Shown piece after piece: positions 38,291-51,323 of a stretch of 64,000 nt of DNA; positions within the stretch are counted from its first letter, which is position 1; each line of letters starts with the position of its first letter. The notes under the pieces are model-generated. The model saw only the letters and a program-made list of their open reading frames with translations. It made no database searches and was not told the origin of the DNA. The stretch is from Callorhinchus milii. Taxonomy: Eukaryota. Position numbers and translations under genes: made by a program. The stretch spans positions 89,034,001-89,098,000 of the forward strand of contig NW_024704742.1 of the NCBI RefSeq assembly GCF_018977255.1, in the 5' to 3' direction.

Positions 38291-40267
38291 CTGCACACTG
38301 CTATGTTGCATTAGTATTTGGTGGATTCGGTGTGGTACCTGCTTATCACTATTGCTTTACTTTTATTGTTGCCTACACTTACTTGGTGTGATGCTTTTCA
38401 ATGCAGATCCAGTATTGCTTTTCACTCTGGTTCCTCCAAATCATATCCATTGGTCACCTCAATTTTCTCGACATCCCAATACTGGAACAAAAAGCACCAG
38501 TGGAAAAGCCAGCACCGGCAAAGATATGATGGACTAAATTGGCTCCTTATTTACTTGAAAATTCTATGATACTACTTCTGTCTCTACCTTTACCGCAACA
38601 TATCACTCAGTAAATCTGATTCATTTTGGCAATAACAAACCACGCTTACAAATAATCCTGCAATATGCAGCAATGCAGCAAACTATTTGACATGCACCAT
38701 GATGCTTTGCTATCATTGTTTGATTGCCTCGCATTATTTTATTTAAAACAAATTAAAATGCATTTGGGCAATTTATTTGTTTAATACGAAAGCATATCTT
38801 GCTGTGGGTGTTAATAGCAAATTTTGAAGTGGAGTGAAACAGTGTGAGAGCACAAATAATTTTTATAGCAGTGATTTAAATGTAAAGATTGTTATGTGTT
38901 TTACGTGTACCACTGCCTTTAATGGGCTGCAGATATGGACCGCTGGATGTAAGTTATATTTTTCTTTGTCCCAGTAGTAATATAAAAACAATATTGGTAG
39001 TAAGAAAGAACAGTAGATTTAAATTGCCTGATAAAAAACACAACCATAAATAATACAGCAAACACTGTGAAGAGAATAACCAGAGCACTGATCAGGTGTG
39101 GCTACCCTTAAAGAACTTTAGCTGTATTCTCCTGTGAGAGAAGACATAATAAGTAACAATCTTTGCATTTAATCTGGTGCATTTCACATTGGAAGAATGT
39201 CTCAAAGCGCTTCGCAGGATTTACTGTAAAGTGTTATGATTGTGTTTTTTCTAGGCGTTGCTGAGGTGCTAAAATGATGCTTTAGCTTTTTCTTAATATA
39301 GAGATGAAAAATGCGACATCTGTTATGAAACGTCACATTTTTCAGGCTGGATTGAATGAGTACTGTAGGAGGGAGTTCATGTTTATAGCAGTATTTGCAT
39401 CCACGCAGCTTCCCAAACACAAAAACGCAAGTGGGCAATTATGCATTCCGTGCAGTAATCAACTGGAAGTCAAATCCATGTTCAGGCTTCACAAATGTCA
39501 AGATTGAGAATAGTGTGAGACAAAGAATCTTCCTTACGCACATCTTAGTCATACACATTCGATAATTAAAGGATTCTAACTTGTAACCAACGGCACAGTA
39601 CAGCAACAAAGCAGGCTATTTGGCCCATCGTGCTGGCTCTCTGAAAGGAAAGAGCTATCCGTTTATTCCCATTCTCCTGCCTTTTCTCCAAAGCCACTTA
39701 TATTTCTGAGGTTCAGATATTTAATTTCCATTTAAAAGCCAAGATGGATTTTGCCTCAACCATGTTCCAGGAAGGACAATCCAAGCCCTAACAACCTGTC
39801 GTGTGTGTAAAAACAAATGCGCTAACCTACCCTTTTGCTCTTTTGGTAATTATTTGAAATCTAGCTCTCGGGTTACAGTTACTAGTTAAACCCCAATAAT
39901 TGGTTTGAGTAGGATTTATTTCATAAGGTTTTGTAAACAAATATTAACAAAATCGTTTGCCAGGGAAAGGATCTAGCACCATCTCTCATAAATAGCTGAA
40001 TGGATTCTACCTATTCTATTTTCTTTGAGACATTTCTTCTGTGTGAAGGTTGTGACCCTTTAATTCATTCCTGGTGTGACATCCATGACCTTGATCGGGT
40101 GTGTCTACCCTTGAAGATCTTTAGCCATATTCTCCTGTGAGCAAAGACATAATAAATAAAATCTGGGTCTAAAATTATTACCTGAAAGCTGACTCCTGGA
40201 TAAAGCTTGAAGCTGCAAAGAATAGATGGTAGCCAAGTATAATGGGGAGGTCCTTCTTCCTCTGAAC

Positions 40268-40930
40268 CAACAACAACAAGATTACATTTGTATAGAGCGC
40301 TTTCACGTCGGGGGACGTCCCAAGGGCTGGAAGAGTACAGCATTTCAGACCCGAGCTGGGGTTGGGGGTTAAGGGAGGGGAGGGAAGAGGGGTGGCCAAT
40401 GGCAGGTCAAGAGGAGGGTCTTGAGGAGGACTTGAAGGAGGCTAAGGAGGGGGCGAGGGGAGTGACTGGGGGATGAAATTCTAGAGGTTGGGGCAGAGTG
40501 GCTGAAGGCTTCCCCCAATGGTGGGGCAGGTGGGTTGGGGGTTGTGGAGAGCCAGAGCCGGCTGAGTGGAGGGACCGGGCGGGTTGGTAGGGCCTTAGGA
40601 GGTCGCAGAGGTAGGGTGGGGCGAGGCCATGGAGGGCTTTGTATGTGAGGACCAGGATCTTGAACTGGATCCTCTGAAGGATAGGGAGCCAATGGATCGG
40701 GGAGAGTGGGGAGATGGGGTCACGGAGTTTAGTGCGGGAGAGGACACGGGCTGCAGAGTTCTGGATTATCTGCAGCTGTGGAGGGAGGAGTTGGGAAGGC
40801 CGACAAGCAGAGGTTTGCAAGTCGAGCCTGGAGGTGATGAAGCTGAACAAGAGTTTCAGTGGCCTGAGGGGTGAGTTAGTGCAGAGTCGGGCGATGTTAC
40901 GGAGGTGAGGGAAGGCAGAGCGGGTCAGGC
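40268..40930 (-). mobile_element. L2 LINE 3' fragment (left-arm copy)
   Basis: LQIIQNSAARVLSRTKLRD..HWLPILQRIQFKIL; many single-base deletions relative to the right-arm copy. Confidence 0.9.
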
Positions 40931-40967
40931 TACAGGAGCTCTCAGGGTACAGCACCCACACAGACCC

Positions 40968-41592
40968 AGAGAGAGAGACACACACACGCACACACTCAAA
41001 AGACACAGAGAGACACATACACACACTCACAGACACAGAGACACGCACACTCACAGACATAGAGATACACACACTCACAGACACAGAGAGACACACACTC
41101 ACAGACACAGAGACACACACTCACAGACATAGAGATACACACACTCACAGACACAGAAATACCCACACACAGACACTCACACACACACACAGACACTCAC
41201 ACACACACACACACAGACACTCACACACAGACATTCACACACACACAGACACTCACACACAGACACTCACACACACACAGACACTCACACACAGACACTC
41301 ACACTCACACTCACACACACACACACACAGACACTCACACACACACACACACACACAGACACTCACACACAGACACTCACACTCACACACACACACAGAC
41401 ACTCACACACAGACACACACACACACACACACACGACACTCACCACGACACACACAGAGCACTCACACACAGACACTCACACTCACACACACAAACACAC
41501 AGACACTCACACACAGACACACACACACACACAGACACTCACACACAGACACTCACACACAGACGTCTGTGTGTAAGTGTGTGTGTGTGTGA

Positions 41593-41623
<31 letters not shown>

Positions 41624-42172
41624 AGTGTCTGTGTGTTTGTGTGTGTGTGAGTGTGAGTGTCTGTGTGTGAGTGTCTGTGTGTGTGTGTGTGTGTGTCTGT
41701 GTGTGTGTGTGTGTGTCTGTGTGTGAGTGTCTGTGTGTGTGTGTGAGTGTGAGTGTCTGTGTGTGAGTGTCTGTGTGTGTGTGTGTGTGTGTGTGAGTGT
41801 CTGTGTGTGTGTGTGTGTGAGTGTGAGTGTGTGTCTGTGTGTGAGTGTCTGTGTGTGTGTGAGTGTCTGTGTGTGAGTGTCTGTGTGTGTGTGAATGTCT
41901 GTGTGTGAGTGTCTGTTGTTGTGTGTGGTTTGTGTGTGAGTGTGTGTGTGTGTGTGTGAGTGTCTGTGTGTGTGTGTGGTATTCTCTGTGTCTGTGAGTG
42001 TTGTGTGTCTGTGAGTGTCTGTGAGTGGTGTGTCTCTGTGTCTGTGAGTGTGCGTGTCTCTGTGTCTGTGAGTGTGTGTCTCTCTGTGTCTGTGAGTGTG
42101 CGTGTCTCTGTGTCTGTGTGTATGTGTCTCTCTGTGTCTTTTGAGTGTGTGCGTGTGTGTGTCTCTCTCTCT
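40968..42172. repeat. (CA)n / CACAGA microsatellite that flips to (TG)n at 41564/41565
   Basis: Directly visible. Confidence 0.97.
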
Positions 42173-42204
42173 GGGTCTGTGTGGGTGCTGTACCCTGAGA
42201 GCTC

Positions 42205-42893
42205 CTGTAGCCTGACCCGCTCTGCCTTCCCTCACCTCCGTAACATCGCCCGACTCTGCCACTAACTCACCCCTCAGGCCACTGAAACTCTTGTTCATGT
42301 CTTCATCACCTCCAGGCTCGACTATGCAAACGCTCTGCTTGTCGGCCTTCCCAACTCCTCCCTCCACAGGCTGCAGATAATCCAGAACTCTGCAGCCCGT
42401 GTCCTCTCCCGCACTAAACTCCGTGACCCCATCTCCACCACTCTCGCCCGACTCCATTGGCTCCCTATCCTTCAGAGGATCCAGTTCAAGATCCTGGTCC
42501 TCACATACAAAGCCCTCCATGGCCTGGCCCCACCCTACCTCTGCGACCTCCTAAGGCCCTACCAACCCGCCCGGTCCCTCCACTCAGCCGGCTCTGGCTG
42601 CTCCACAACCCCCAACCCACCTGCCCCACCATTGGCGAGAGAACCTTCAGCCACTCTGTCCCCAACCTCTGGAATTTCATCCCCCAGTCACTCCGCCTCA
42701 CCCCCTCCTTAGCCTCCTTCAAGCCCCTCCTCAAGACCCTCCTCTTCGACCTTGCCATTGGCCACCCCCTTTTCCTCTCCCCTCCCTTAACCCCTCAACC
42801 CCAACTCAGGTCTGAAATGCTGTACTCTGTCCAGCACCTTGGGACGTCCACCCGACGTGAAAGGCGTTATACAAATGTAATCTTGTTGTTGTT
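42205..42893 (+). mobile_element. L2 LINE 3' fragment (right-arm copy)
   Basis: HLRNIARL..SRLDYAN..HWLP..LKTLLFD; (TTG)n tail. Confidence 0.9.
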
Positions 42894-45800
42894 GGTTCAG
42901 AGGAAGAAGGACCTCCCCATTATACTTGGCTACCATCTATTCTTTGCAGCTTCAAGCTTTATCCAGGAGTCAGCTTTCAGGTAATAATTTTAGACCCAGA
43001 TTTTATTTATTATGTCTTTGCTCACAGGAGAATATGGCTAAAGATCTTCAAGGGTAGACACACCCGATCAAGGTCATGGATGTCACACCAGGAATGAATT
43101 AAAGGGTCACAACCTTCACACAGAAGAAATGTCTCAAAGAAAATAGAATAGGTAGAATCCATTCAGCTATTTATGAGAGATGGTGCTAGATCCTTTCCCT
43201 GGCAAACGATTTTGTTAATATTTGTTTACAAAACCTTATGAAATAAATCCTACTCAAACCAATTATTGGGGTTTAACTAGTAACTGTAACCCGAGAGCTA
43301 GATTTCAAATAATTACCAAAAGAGCAAAAGGGTAGGTTAGCGCATTTGTTTTTACACACACGACAGGTTGTTAGGGCTTGGATTGTCCTTCCTGGAACAT
43401 GGTTGAGGCAAAATCCATCTTGGCTTTTAAATGGAAATTAAATATCTGAACCTCAGAAATATAAGTGGCTTTGGAGAAAAGGCAGGAGAATGGGAATAAA
43501 CGGATAGCTCTTTCCTTTCAGAGAGCCAGCACGATGGGCCAAATAGCCTGCTTTGTTGCTGTACTGTGCCGTTGGTTACAAGTTAGAATCCTTTAATTAT
43601 CGAATGTGTATGACTAAGATGTGCGTAAGGAAGATTCTTTGTCTCACACTATTCTCAATCTTGACATTTGTGAAGCCTGAACATGGATTTGACTTCCAGT
43701 TGATTACTGCACGGAATGCATAATTGCCCACTTGCGTTTTTGTGTTTGGGAAGCTGCGTGGATGCAAATACTGCTATAAACATGAACTCCCTCCTACAGT
43801 ACTCATTCAATCCAGCCTGAAAAATGTGACGTTTCATAACAGATGTCGCATTTTTCATCTCTATATTAAGAAAAAGCTAAAGCATCATTTTAGCACCTCA
43901 GCAACGCCTAGAAAAAACACAATCATAACACTTTACAGTAAATCCTGCGAAGCGCTTTGAGACATTCTTCCAATGTGAAATGCACCAGATTAAATGCAAA
44001 GATTGTTACTTATTATGTCTTCTCTCACAGGAGAATACAGCTAAAGTTCTTTAAGGGTAGCCACACCTGATCAGTGCTCTGGTTATTCTCTTCACAGTGT
44101 TTGCTGTATTATTTATGGTTGTGTTTTTTATCAGGCAATTTAAATCTACTGTTCTTTCTTACTACCAATATTGTTTTTATATTACTACTGGGACAAAGAA
44201 AAATATAACTTACATCCAGCGGTCCATATCTGCAGCCCATTAAAGGCAGTGGTACACGTAAAACACATAACAATCTTTACATTTAAATCACTGCTATAAA
44301 AATTATTTGTGCTCTCACACTGTTTCACTCCACTTCAAAATTTGCTATTAACACCCACAGCAAGATATGCTTTCGTATTAAACAAATAAATTGCCCAAAT
44401 GCATTTTAATTTGTTTTAAATAAAATAATGCGAGGCAATCAAACAATGATAGCAAAGCATCATGGTGCATGTCAAATAGTTTGCTGCATTGCTGCATATT
44501 GCAGGATTATTTGTAAGCGTGGTTTGTTATTGTCAAAATGAATCAGATTTACTGAGTGATATGTTGCGATAAAGGTAGAGACAGAAGTAGTATCATAGAA
44601 TTTTCAAGTAAATAAGGAGCCAATTTAGTCCATCATATCTTTGCCGGTGCTGGCTTTTCCACTGGTGCTTTTTGTTCCAGTATTGGGATGTCGAGAAAAT
44701 TGAGGTGACCAATGGATATGATTTGGAGGAACCAGAGTGAAAAGCAATACTGGATCTGCATTGAAAAGCATCACACCAAGTAAGTGTAGGCAACAATAAA
44801 AGTAAAGCAATAGTGATAAGCAGGTACCACACCGAATCCACCAAATACTAATGCAACATAGCAGTGTGCAGTGTGTAAATTCTCTAGATTTAGAGAGTTG
44901 CATGTATCACACCATTTTTTACGAAGGGAGAGAGGAAAAGCAAACTACAGGCTAGTAAATTTAACAAAGGTACTCGGAAACATATTGGGATCCAATATCA
45001 GAGATAAGATAACTAAACACTTAGACAAGCATGAACTGATCAGGCAGTCAGCCTGGTTTTGTGCAGGGAAGGTCAAAACCCAAGAAACCCAGTAGAGTTT
45101 GCTTGAGGAAGTCACTGAAGTCCTGTACAGGGGAGAATCAATGGATGGCATTTTGATAAGCTTCCACACAAGAGATTATTAAATAGTTAAAGTGCATGGG
45201 ACTTAAGGAAGTACTGTGACATGAATAGAAAATTTTCCATCGACTAATCGAACTTAAGACTTTTCTCTTCGACCATGCCTTCCTACAGTCACCTCCCCTT
45301 TCTCTCAGGCTCGGTATCAAGCTATGCCACTGTTAAGTGCTCCGAGCACTATATCAGGTGAAGGGCACCATATAAATGCAAGTTGGTGTTGACGTTGTTT
45401 GGGGAGGTGGGGGGAGGGGGTGGGGCAAAGCAAAGAGAAACTGGCAGACACATTCTCTAACAGGAAGGCAGTGAAAAGTGAGGTTCCCCATGAATTGGTG
45501 CGGGAGCCAGAGCAATTCACAATCAACAAAAACAACAACAACAAAATTACATTTATAGAGCGCCTTTCACGTCAGGAGGACGTCCCAAAGCGCTGAACAG
45601 TCAGGTGTCGGGGCTCGAGCATGGGGGAGGGGTGGTGTAGAGGTGAAGGAAGGCAGAGAGGTGGGAGGGAAACCAAAGACACGGTCGAAGAGAAGGGTCT
45701 TGAGACCGGTCTTGAAGGAGGCAAGGGAGGAAGCGAGGTGAAGGGACTGTGGGATGGAGTGCAAACGACCTAGAAGAAGGAATAGAGAGGGACATATATC

Positions 45801-46494
45801 CAAGTTTTCAGATGCCACCAGGCTAGGAGGTAATACAGATGATGATCATGAGGGAAGAAAAATTGCAACAGGATTCAGATGCACTAAGCATGTGGCCTTA
45901 GATATGACAGATGGAGTTTAACGTGATACAATATGAAGTAGTATACTGAGGCTCTTGCAATGACAAATTGGCAAATCATTCTGAATGGAATTATTAGGTG
46001 ATGGATCTCAGTGTTCAGATTCATGTATCATTGATGGTTAGTTCAAAGGTACAAAAAGAATTCAAAAAGGCCAATCGGACGTTAGCTTTTATCCTAAGAG
46101 GAATGTAATATAAAACAAAGGGAGTAATGTAGACCTCATTTTGAGTACTGTGTGCAGTTTTAGGCATCACACTTTATAAACACTGTGCTCTGCTTGGAGG
46201 ACATGCAGATATATTTATTAGAATAATATGGGGATTGAAGGGTCTTTGTTATGAGGACAGAATGGATAAACTGGGGCTATGTACTCCCTTGAATAGAGGT
46301 GATCTGATCCAGGTGTTTAAGATAGTAAAAGGAAATGGCAAAGTAATTCAGGAGAGAATATTTCCTATTTATGCAGTCTCAAAAAAATGCACAGGCTCTG
46401 CACTTTACAGTAAAATCCTGTGAAGTGCTTTGGAAAGTTGTCCCAATGTGAAAGGCCCTGTACCAAATGTAAGGATCATTATTATCATTTATTC

Positions 46495-46519
46495 NNNNNN
46501 NNNNNNNNNNNNNNNNNNN
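46495..46519. other. Assembly gap (25 N)
   Basis: Run of N. Confidence 1.
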
Positions 46520-46712
46520 ACTGACACACACACACACACACACACACAGACACACACACACACACACTAGACACACACAGCACTCACACACAGACACACA
46601 CACACACTCACACACACACAGACACACACACACAGACACTCACACACAGACACACACACACAGACACTCACACACACACACACACACACAGACACACACA
46701 CACACACAGACA

Positions 46713-46753
<41 letters not shown>

Positions 46754-46804
46754 TCACACACACACACAGACACACCACACAGACACACACACACACAGAC
46801 CACT

Positions 46805-46836
<32 letters not shown>

Positions 46837-46865
46837 GACACACACAGCACACACACACTTCACAT
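46520..46865. repeat. (CA)n / CACAGACACT microsatellite
   Basis: Same motif style and polarity as 41160-41560. Confidence 0.97.
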
Positions 46866-48309
46866 ACAACATATTTAGATCTGCTCTGCTTAGACGGCCG
46901 TTTATCCCACTTTCCTTTTTCCAAAACTTTATGACAAGGAACTGAACATTTGCACAGCCGAACACCTAAACACAAAGCTGCTTTACATTGTCTCCATTAC
47001 ATTGATGTCGATCATTTGAGTTTCAACAGTGAAGCTAATTCTGTAAGAAGCATTCACAGCTAGAATTTCAAGACAACCATAAATATGATAATTTAAAAAT
47101 TTTCAGCTGTTTTTCCCCACCCTTGTACCGCCCCAAAGCTCACAGCTCACCCCCATAGCTGACATTTTCTTTCTTGGAAAGCTGTGTTTCACTGCGTCCA
47201 GGAGGCAGTATTGCATGTCTCCAGTGACATTAACACTCCCATTATTAATAGTCAAATTATCCACTGTCAGTTTGCTTGTTCATCAAAACAAGCCACTTTA
47301 AAATTTGCTCCACATGGCTCTCACAATGGTCACATCATCCGTGTTAACTTCAAAGGAAAAAAAGAAGAAATAATCTGCAAATAGCAAAAAAAAGACTTGT
47401 GAGATAATTAATTTTGAAGCTATGAAATGCCAAGCTCGCTGGAGCATTTTTATACTTTTTTCCCCCTGTAATTGCTTTCTGCCAGATGTTTACTACACAA
47501 TGGTGCGATTTGAGAGTGAGGGCCCACTGGGGTACGCATTAACCTTTAAAAACACAATATTGGTTACTATAAAACCTATATTTTGACACAGTAATAATTT
47601 ATAAGTATTCTGTTCAACAATTTTTAAACAGGAATGGCATGACAAAATCCTATTCATTCTGAATGTAGAATTCTTATGATGAACACTTTAAAGAAGCGTA
47701 GTGTGTGACACCAATGACAGCTCAACTCTCCACATTTCGATCTGTTGCAAACACACGCAAAGTGCTGATGTGCAAAGATAGGGTGTAAAGGAACAGACTA
47801 CTCAAAGGTCTGCTCCATCCATAAACAAATTCTGCAATAGGTTTGTTAAATTGCAAAGTATTAATTAGAGAAATGATGCTCTGCTCCTTGATATATCCTA
47901 GTAGAATGTTATTTGTTTAGTGTCCAAGGCTCAGACCTTTTGTGGTCCATTGCTGTGTGTATGTCTGCACCCCGTTGCCTACAAAATATAGAGCTGCTAC
48001 ATTTTATGTAAATTCTCTGAAGTGCTTGATGTGTTTTGATGATGTGATAAGGTGCTCTATCAAATGCAAGAATTATTTTTATTGTTGTCAACAATGTGAG
48101 GGCTGAATATGTTGCAGAACTCCAAGACACTGTTTATGGAGGACCAGACAGCCTGGATGAGTAGCAGGACATAGAGAGCATACCAGTCCCACTCAGATCC
48201 TATGGCAAGCCAAAGCCCTAGCAGGTAGGGTGGTCCTGGCTGAATAATGAGTGGTAAGCTTGTCAATGTTCACAGTGAATGCTTTTAGCTGCTTAAATTA
48301 TGGGACTAT

Positions 48310-48915
48310 TATCGACTATGGGAACTCTCTCCTCGCCGGCCTTCCCGCCACCTCCCTCCACAAGCTGCAGGTCATTCAGAACTCTGCAGCTCGTGTACTG
48401 TCCCGCACCAGGCTTCGGGAACACATCACTCCCACCCTCGCTCGCCTCCACTGGCTCCCCATCCCCCAGAGGATTGATTTCAAGATCCTCATCCTCACCT
48501 ACAAGGCCATTCACGGCCTCGCTCCCTCCTACCTCTCCGACCTACTATCCCCCTACCTACCTGCCCGTACCCTCCGTTCCTCTGGCTCCGGTCTGCTCCA
48601 CGTCCCCCGCCCCAACCGCCCTACCATCGGTGGTCGGGCCTTCAGCCTCTCAGCCCCCAGGCTCTGGAACTCCATCCCCCAGTGCCTTCGCCTTGCTTCC
48701 TCCCTTTCCTCCTTCAAGGCCGGTCTCAAAACCTTTTTCTTTGACCGAGCCTTCAGCTCCCCTCTCGACTCTCTTCCCCCTCCTCGCTCCCTCCCTTCCT
48801 TCCCCTCACCCTGACCATTTCCCCCCTGCTCAGGTCATGACCCAACTGTGCAGCGCCTTGGGACGTCCTCCTGACGTGAAAGGCGCTTTATAAATGGAAT
48901 CTTGTTGTTGTTGTT
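48310..48915 (+). mobile_element. L2 LINE 3' fragment with intact frame (young)
   Basis: DYGNSLLAGLP..LHWLPIPQRIDFKIL..GGRAFS..LWNSIP..FKAGLKTFFF; (TTG)n tail. Confidence 0.93.
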
Positions 48916-48919
48916 AAAT

Positions 48920-49260
48920 TGAGTCCTGTAGAGTAGTGGTTATTGAGCTCATCTTGCAAGTAAGAGGACACGGGTTTGATTCCTGGTGGGGGGGGTAAAA
49001 TCTTACACAAATTTCCTTACTCGTACACCTTACCCTTACACCTCTGTTAACCAAGCAGTACATAGGTACCTGCCTGTTAGTTGATTGGCAGATCGCTTTT
49101 TAGGGTTAATAATCTTTCAAAAACAAAAATTGGGGTTAGTTTACCCACCAAATAGAGACAATCCACTTTACAGTATATTCTGTGAAGCGCTTTGAGACGT
49201 CTCAATGACATGAGAAAGTGCGATATGAAATTCAAGGATTATTAAGTTATTATTATTATA
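48920..49260 (+). mobile_element. tRNA-derived SINE
   Basis: GAGTCCTGTAGAGTAGTGGTTA head, GGTTTGATTCC B box, L2-type tail. Confidence 0.78.
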
Positions 49261-49767
49261 TATAAGTTCCAGCAGTACTCCAACATGCTCTGCGGTCTCT
49301 AAGCTTTGGCTCTCACCAACATGTGTCCCTCTCCAGGATTAGATAAGCAATGTTTGTCTCTGTAAGGAATAAGTAATCTCTACACCAGAGCACACTCTCC
49401 ATACCAGACAAACAGAAATTTGATGCCTATGCAGAACTTTCAGTAGTCTGATTTGAATATTCTAAATAATAACAGAATTGCATTTGTAAAGCGCCTTTCA
49501 CATTGGGCGGATGTCTCAAGGCGCTAAAGGATGGTGATGGGTTTCTGTGTGTGTCAAGACAACTATCTGACCAAAGAAAATGGCACATGTTTCATTTAAA
49601 CTTATGCTGGGACTGGAGAGAGGTTGAGGGTTATACACCTGCCCACCTTTCAGGATGATTCACCTAACACTGTTCTATCTAGCCTCCACTTCATTTTGTT
49701 CTCTGAAGTGTATACTGGACTGATTTAAGAAGTAGAAGAATGGTGTGATAGAAGACTAGTGGGGTGG

Positions 49768-50524
49768 TCTAAGAACGTCAAGGAAGAGACAACCAAAATG
49801 GTGGTGTAAATAATAGATTTGACAAGGATTGAACCTCAGCAACAATGATTAATCAATTGAACATTCAAACACCATAATTAAAACCATAAATACAACAGAA
49901 TTGGCAATACCCAGTCCTGCAGGGCAGCACACTGGTCTCCTACGATGACTTCAGCTTTTCTGCTGCTCTGCTCTAATCATTTACCCTTTTCTTTTTTGGT
50001 CAAGGACACCAGTCTGATCTCATCAATCCAAATCTCTCCGAGACAATGTGGATTCCCTGGGATCGATCTCATCAACCTTGGCTATCAGTCCCTGCAAGCC
50101 AAAGCCCTAACGCGTAGGGTAGTCCTAGCTGGACAAGCAGCGGGAAAGCTTGCGACAGCAATCTCAATGGTAAGCTATGTGGGTTTAGTTAGTTAGACTT
50201 CAGCAGTATCCAACACACACTCTGGGGTCCCCAAGACTTGGCTCTTGCCAACCTGCGCCTAATACTTTCCGGAATTAGGTAAGCAGGGTGCGTCCCTCCA
50301 GGGAAAGAGTACGCATTCTATTCCAACAATCTATCACTGGGATTGTCATATGTAGGCGAGATGCATGGAAACCTCAGCTTAATTTGGATACTCTAAAGCA
50401 TGGTGATGGGTTTCCGCCTGTGACAGGCACCCGGCTAACCAAAACCAAAATCCAATGTGGATTCCTTGGACTGATCTCATTAACGAAAGGTTGACCTCCT
50501 TACCTTCAATCACTGGATCTTATA
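49768..50524 (-). repeat. 3' LTR (contains a family X insertion at 50092-50450)
   Basis: Aligns to 52939-53323 by eye; termini TCTAAGA..TCTTATA are one substitution each from TGTAAGA..TCTTACA. Confidence 0.85.
50092..50450 (+). mobile_element. Family X retroposon, best-preserved copy, 5'-truncated
   Basis: Absent from the other LTR; AACCAAAACCAAAA tail; apparent TCC duplication at the junctions. Confidence 0.75.
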
Positions 50525-50546
50525 GTTCCCACCTTGAACTCTCTCT
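50525..50546 (-). promoter_or_regulatory. Polypurine tract
   Basis: Minus strand AGAGAGAGTTCAAGGTGGGAAC directly precedes the 3' LTR. Confidence 0.55.
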
Positions 50547-50559
50547 TTTAATATTCCCT

Positions 50560-51323
50560 TCAGTTGTAAATACCCTGTATTTTCCTGACTTGTTTTAAAG
50601 CCTGCTTAACACAGCAAATTGAAATCAATAAAACATCTATGATAATTAGCTTTATAACACCAAAGGCATTAAACATACCCATGGTAAATCCTCTGCATTG
50701 TCATAATGTTTATCACACAAACCCTTTGGTGATGTCACATTTGTCAAATCTATCACAAACAGTACAATTTCATATTGAGAGGTTGGTTGAGCCATCAGCT
50801 CATTTTCATGAGCCTGGGTCTTTCTGGGCATTCCTGACTCCAGCCTCCACAATATCCTCCCACGATTGTCATGTGCATCTCACTGGAAGTGACATCCCAT
50901 CCGGGACCTTTTCCTTGAACCATAGTTATTTTCATGTACATGACGCTCACCAACCACTTTGATTCGCTACCGTCCTTCGATATTTTCAAGTCTGTTTCCA
51001 CAATGCTGTCCTCTTCCCATCGGGTACCTGCTTCTTTGACCTCAGATAACATGACTAACCCACGTGTGCGTTACCATCCCATTAACTGTTCTATATTTTG
51101 TAGTCCATTTCCCTTTCACATGGCAATCGAGGACTAAGGGGTAGCCATTTTCAATACCCACTACTTCCGTCGCATTTCCTCCGGTTGCTTGCATTGTCAC
51201 GCGTATCTTGGGATCCTTTGTTTCCGTCTCTGACTCAACCTCCATCGTTACTTTTGCACTTGTTAATACCATCATTATCATCATTCATGGTACCCATTGC
51301 CTCCACAACCAACATTCAGCCAT
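50560..51323 (-). pseudogene. env: env-like membrane protein remnant
   Basis: Starts MAECWLWRQWVP*MMIMMVLTSAK (signal-like) after a TTCTTTTGATTTTAG acceptor; ends MFNAFGVIKLIIIDVLLISICCVKQALKQVRKIQGIYN* (TM plus basic tail) just before the PPT; frameshifted. Confidence 0.6.

Larger units (their letters stand above)
36666..46494. repeat. Large inverted duplication (arms 36666-41564 and 41565-46494)
   Basis: ORF track is mirrored (37342+/45567-, 38259+/44625-, 39304+/43655-); centre AGAC|GTCT at 41564/41565. Confidence 0.95.
48190..49580 (+). mobile_element. Family X retroposon hosting nested L2 and SINE insertions
   Basis: GCAAGCCAAAGCCCTAGCAGGTAGGGTGGTCC at ~48205; resumes at ~49265 (TCCAGCAGTACTCCAAC) and ~49530 (ATGGTGATGGGTTTCTG). 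Confidence 0.6.

Noticed and set aside
41507..42520. 337 aa His/Thr-rich ORF and neighbouring Cys/Val ORFs
   Set aside because: Antisense L2 frame running into a (CA)n tract
50255..50310. Family X segment loosely recalls 7SK (GTGCGTCCCTCC) or an HCV-type IRES (CCGGAATT)
   Set aside because: Matches are 12 nt or shorter and the surrounding structure does not follow
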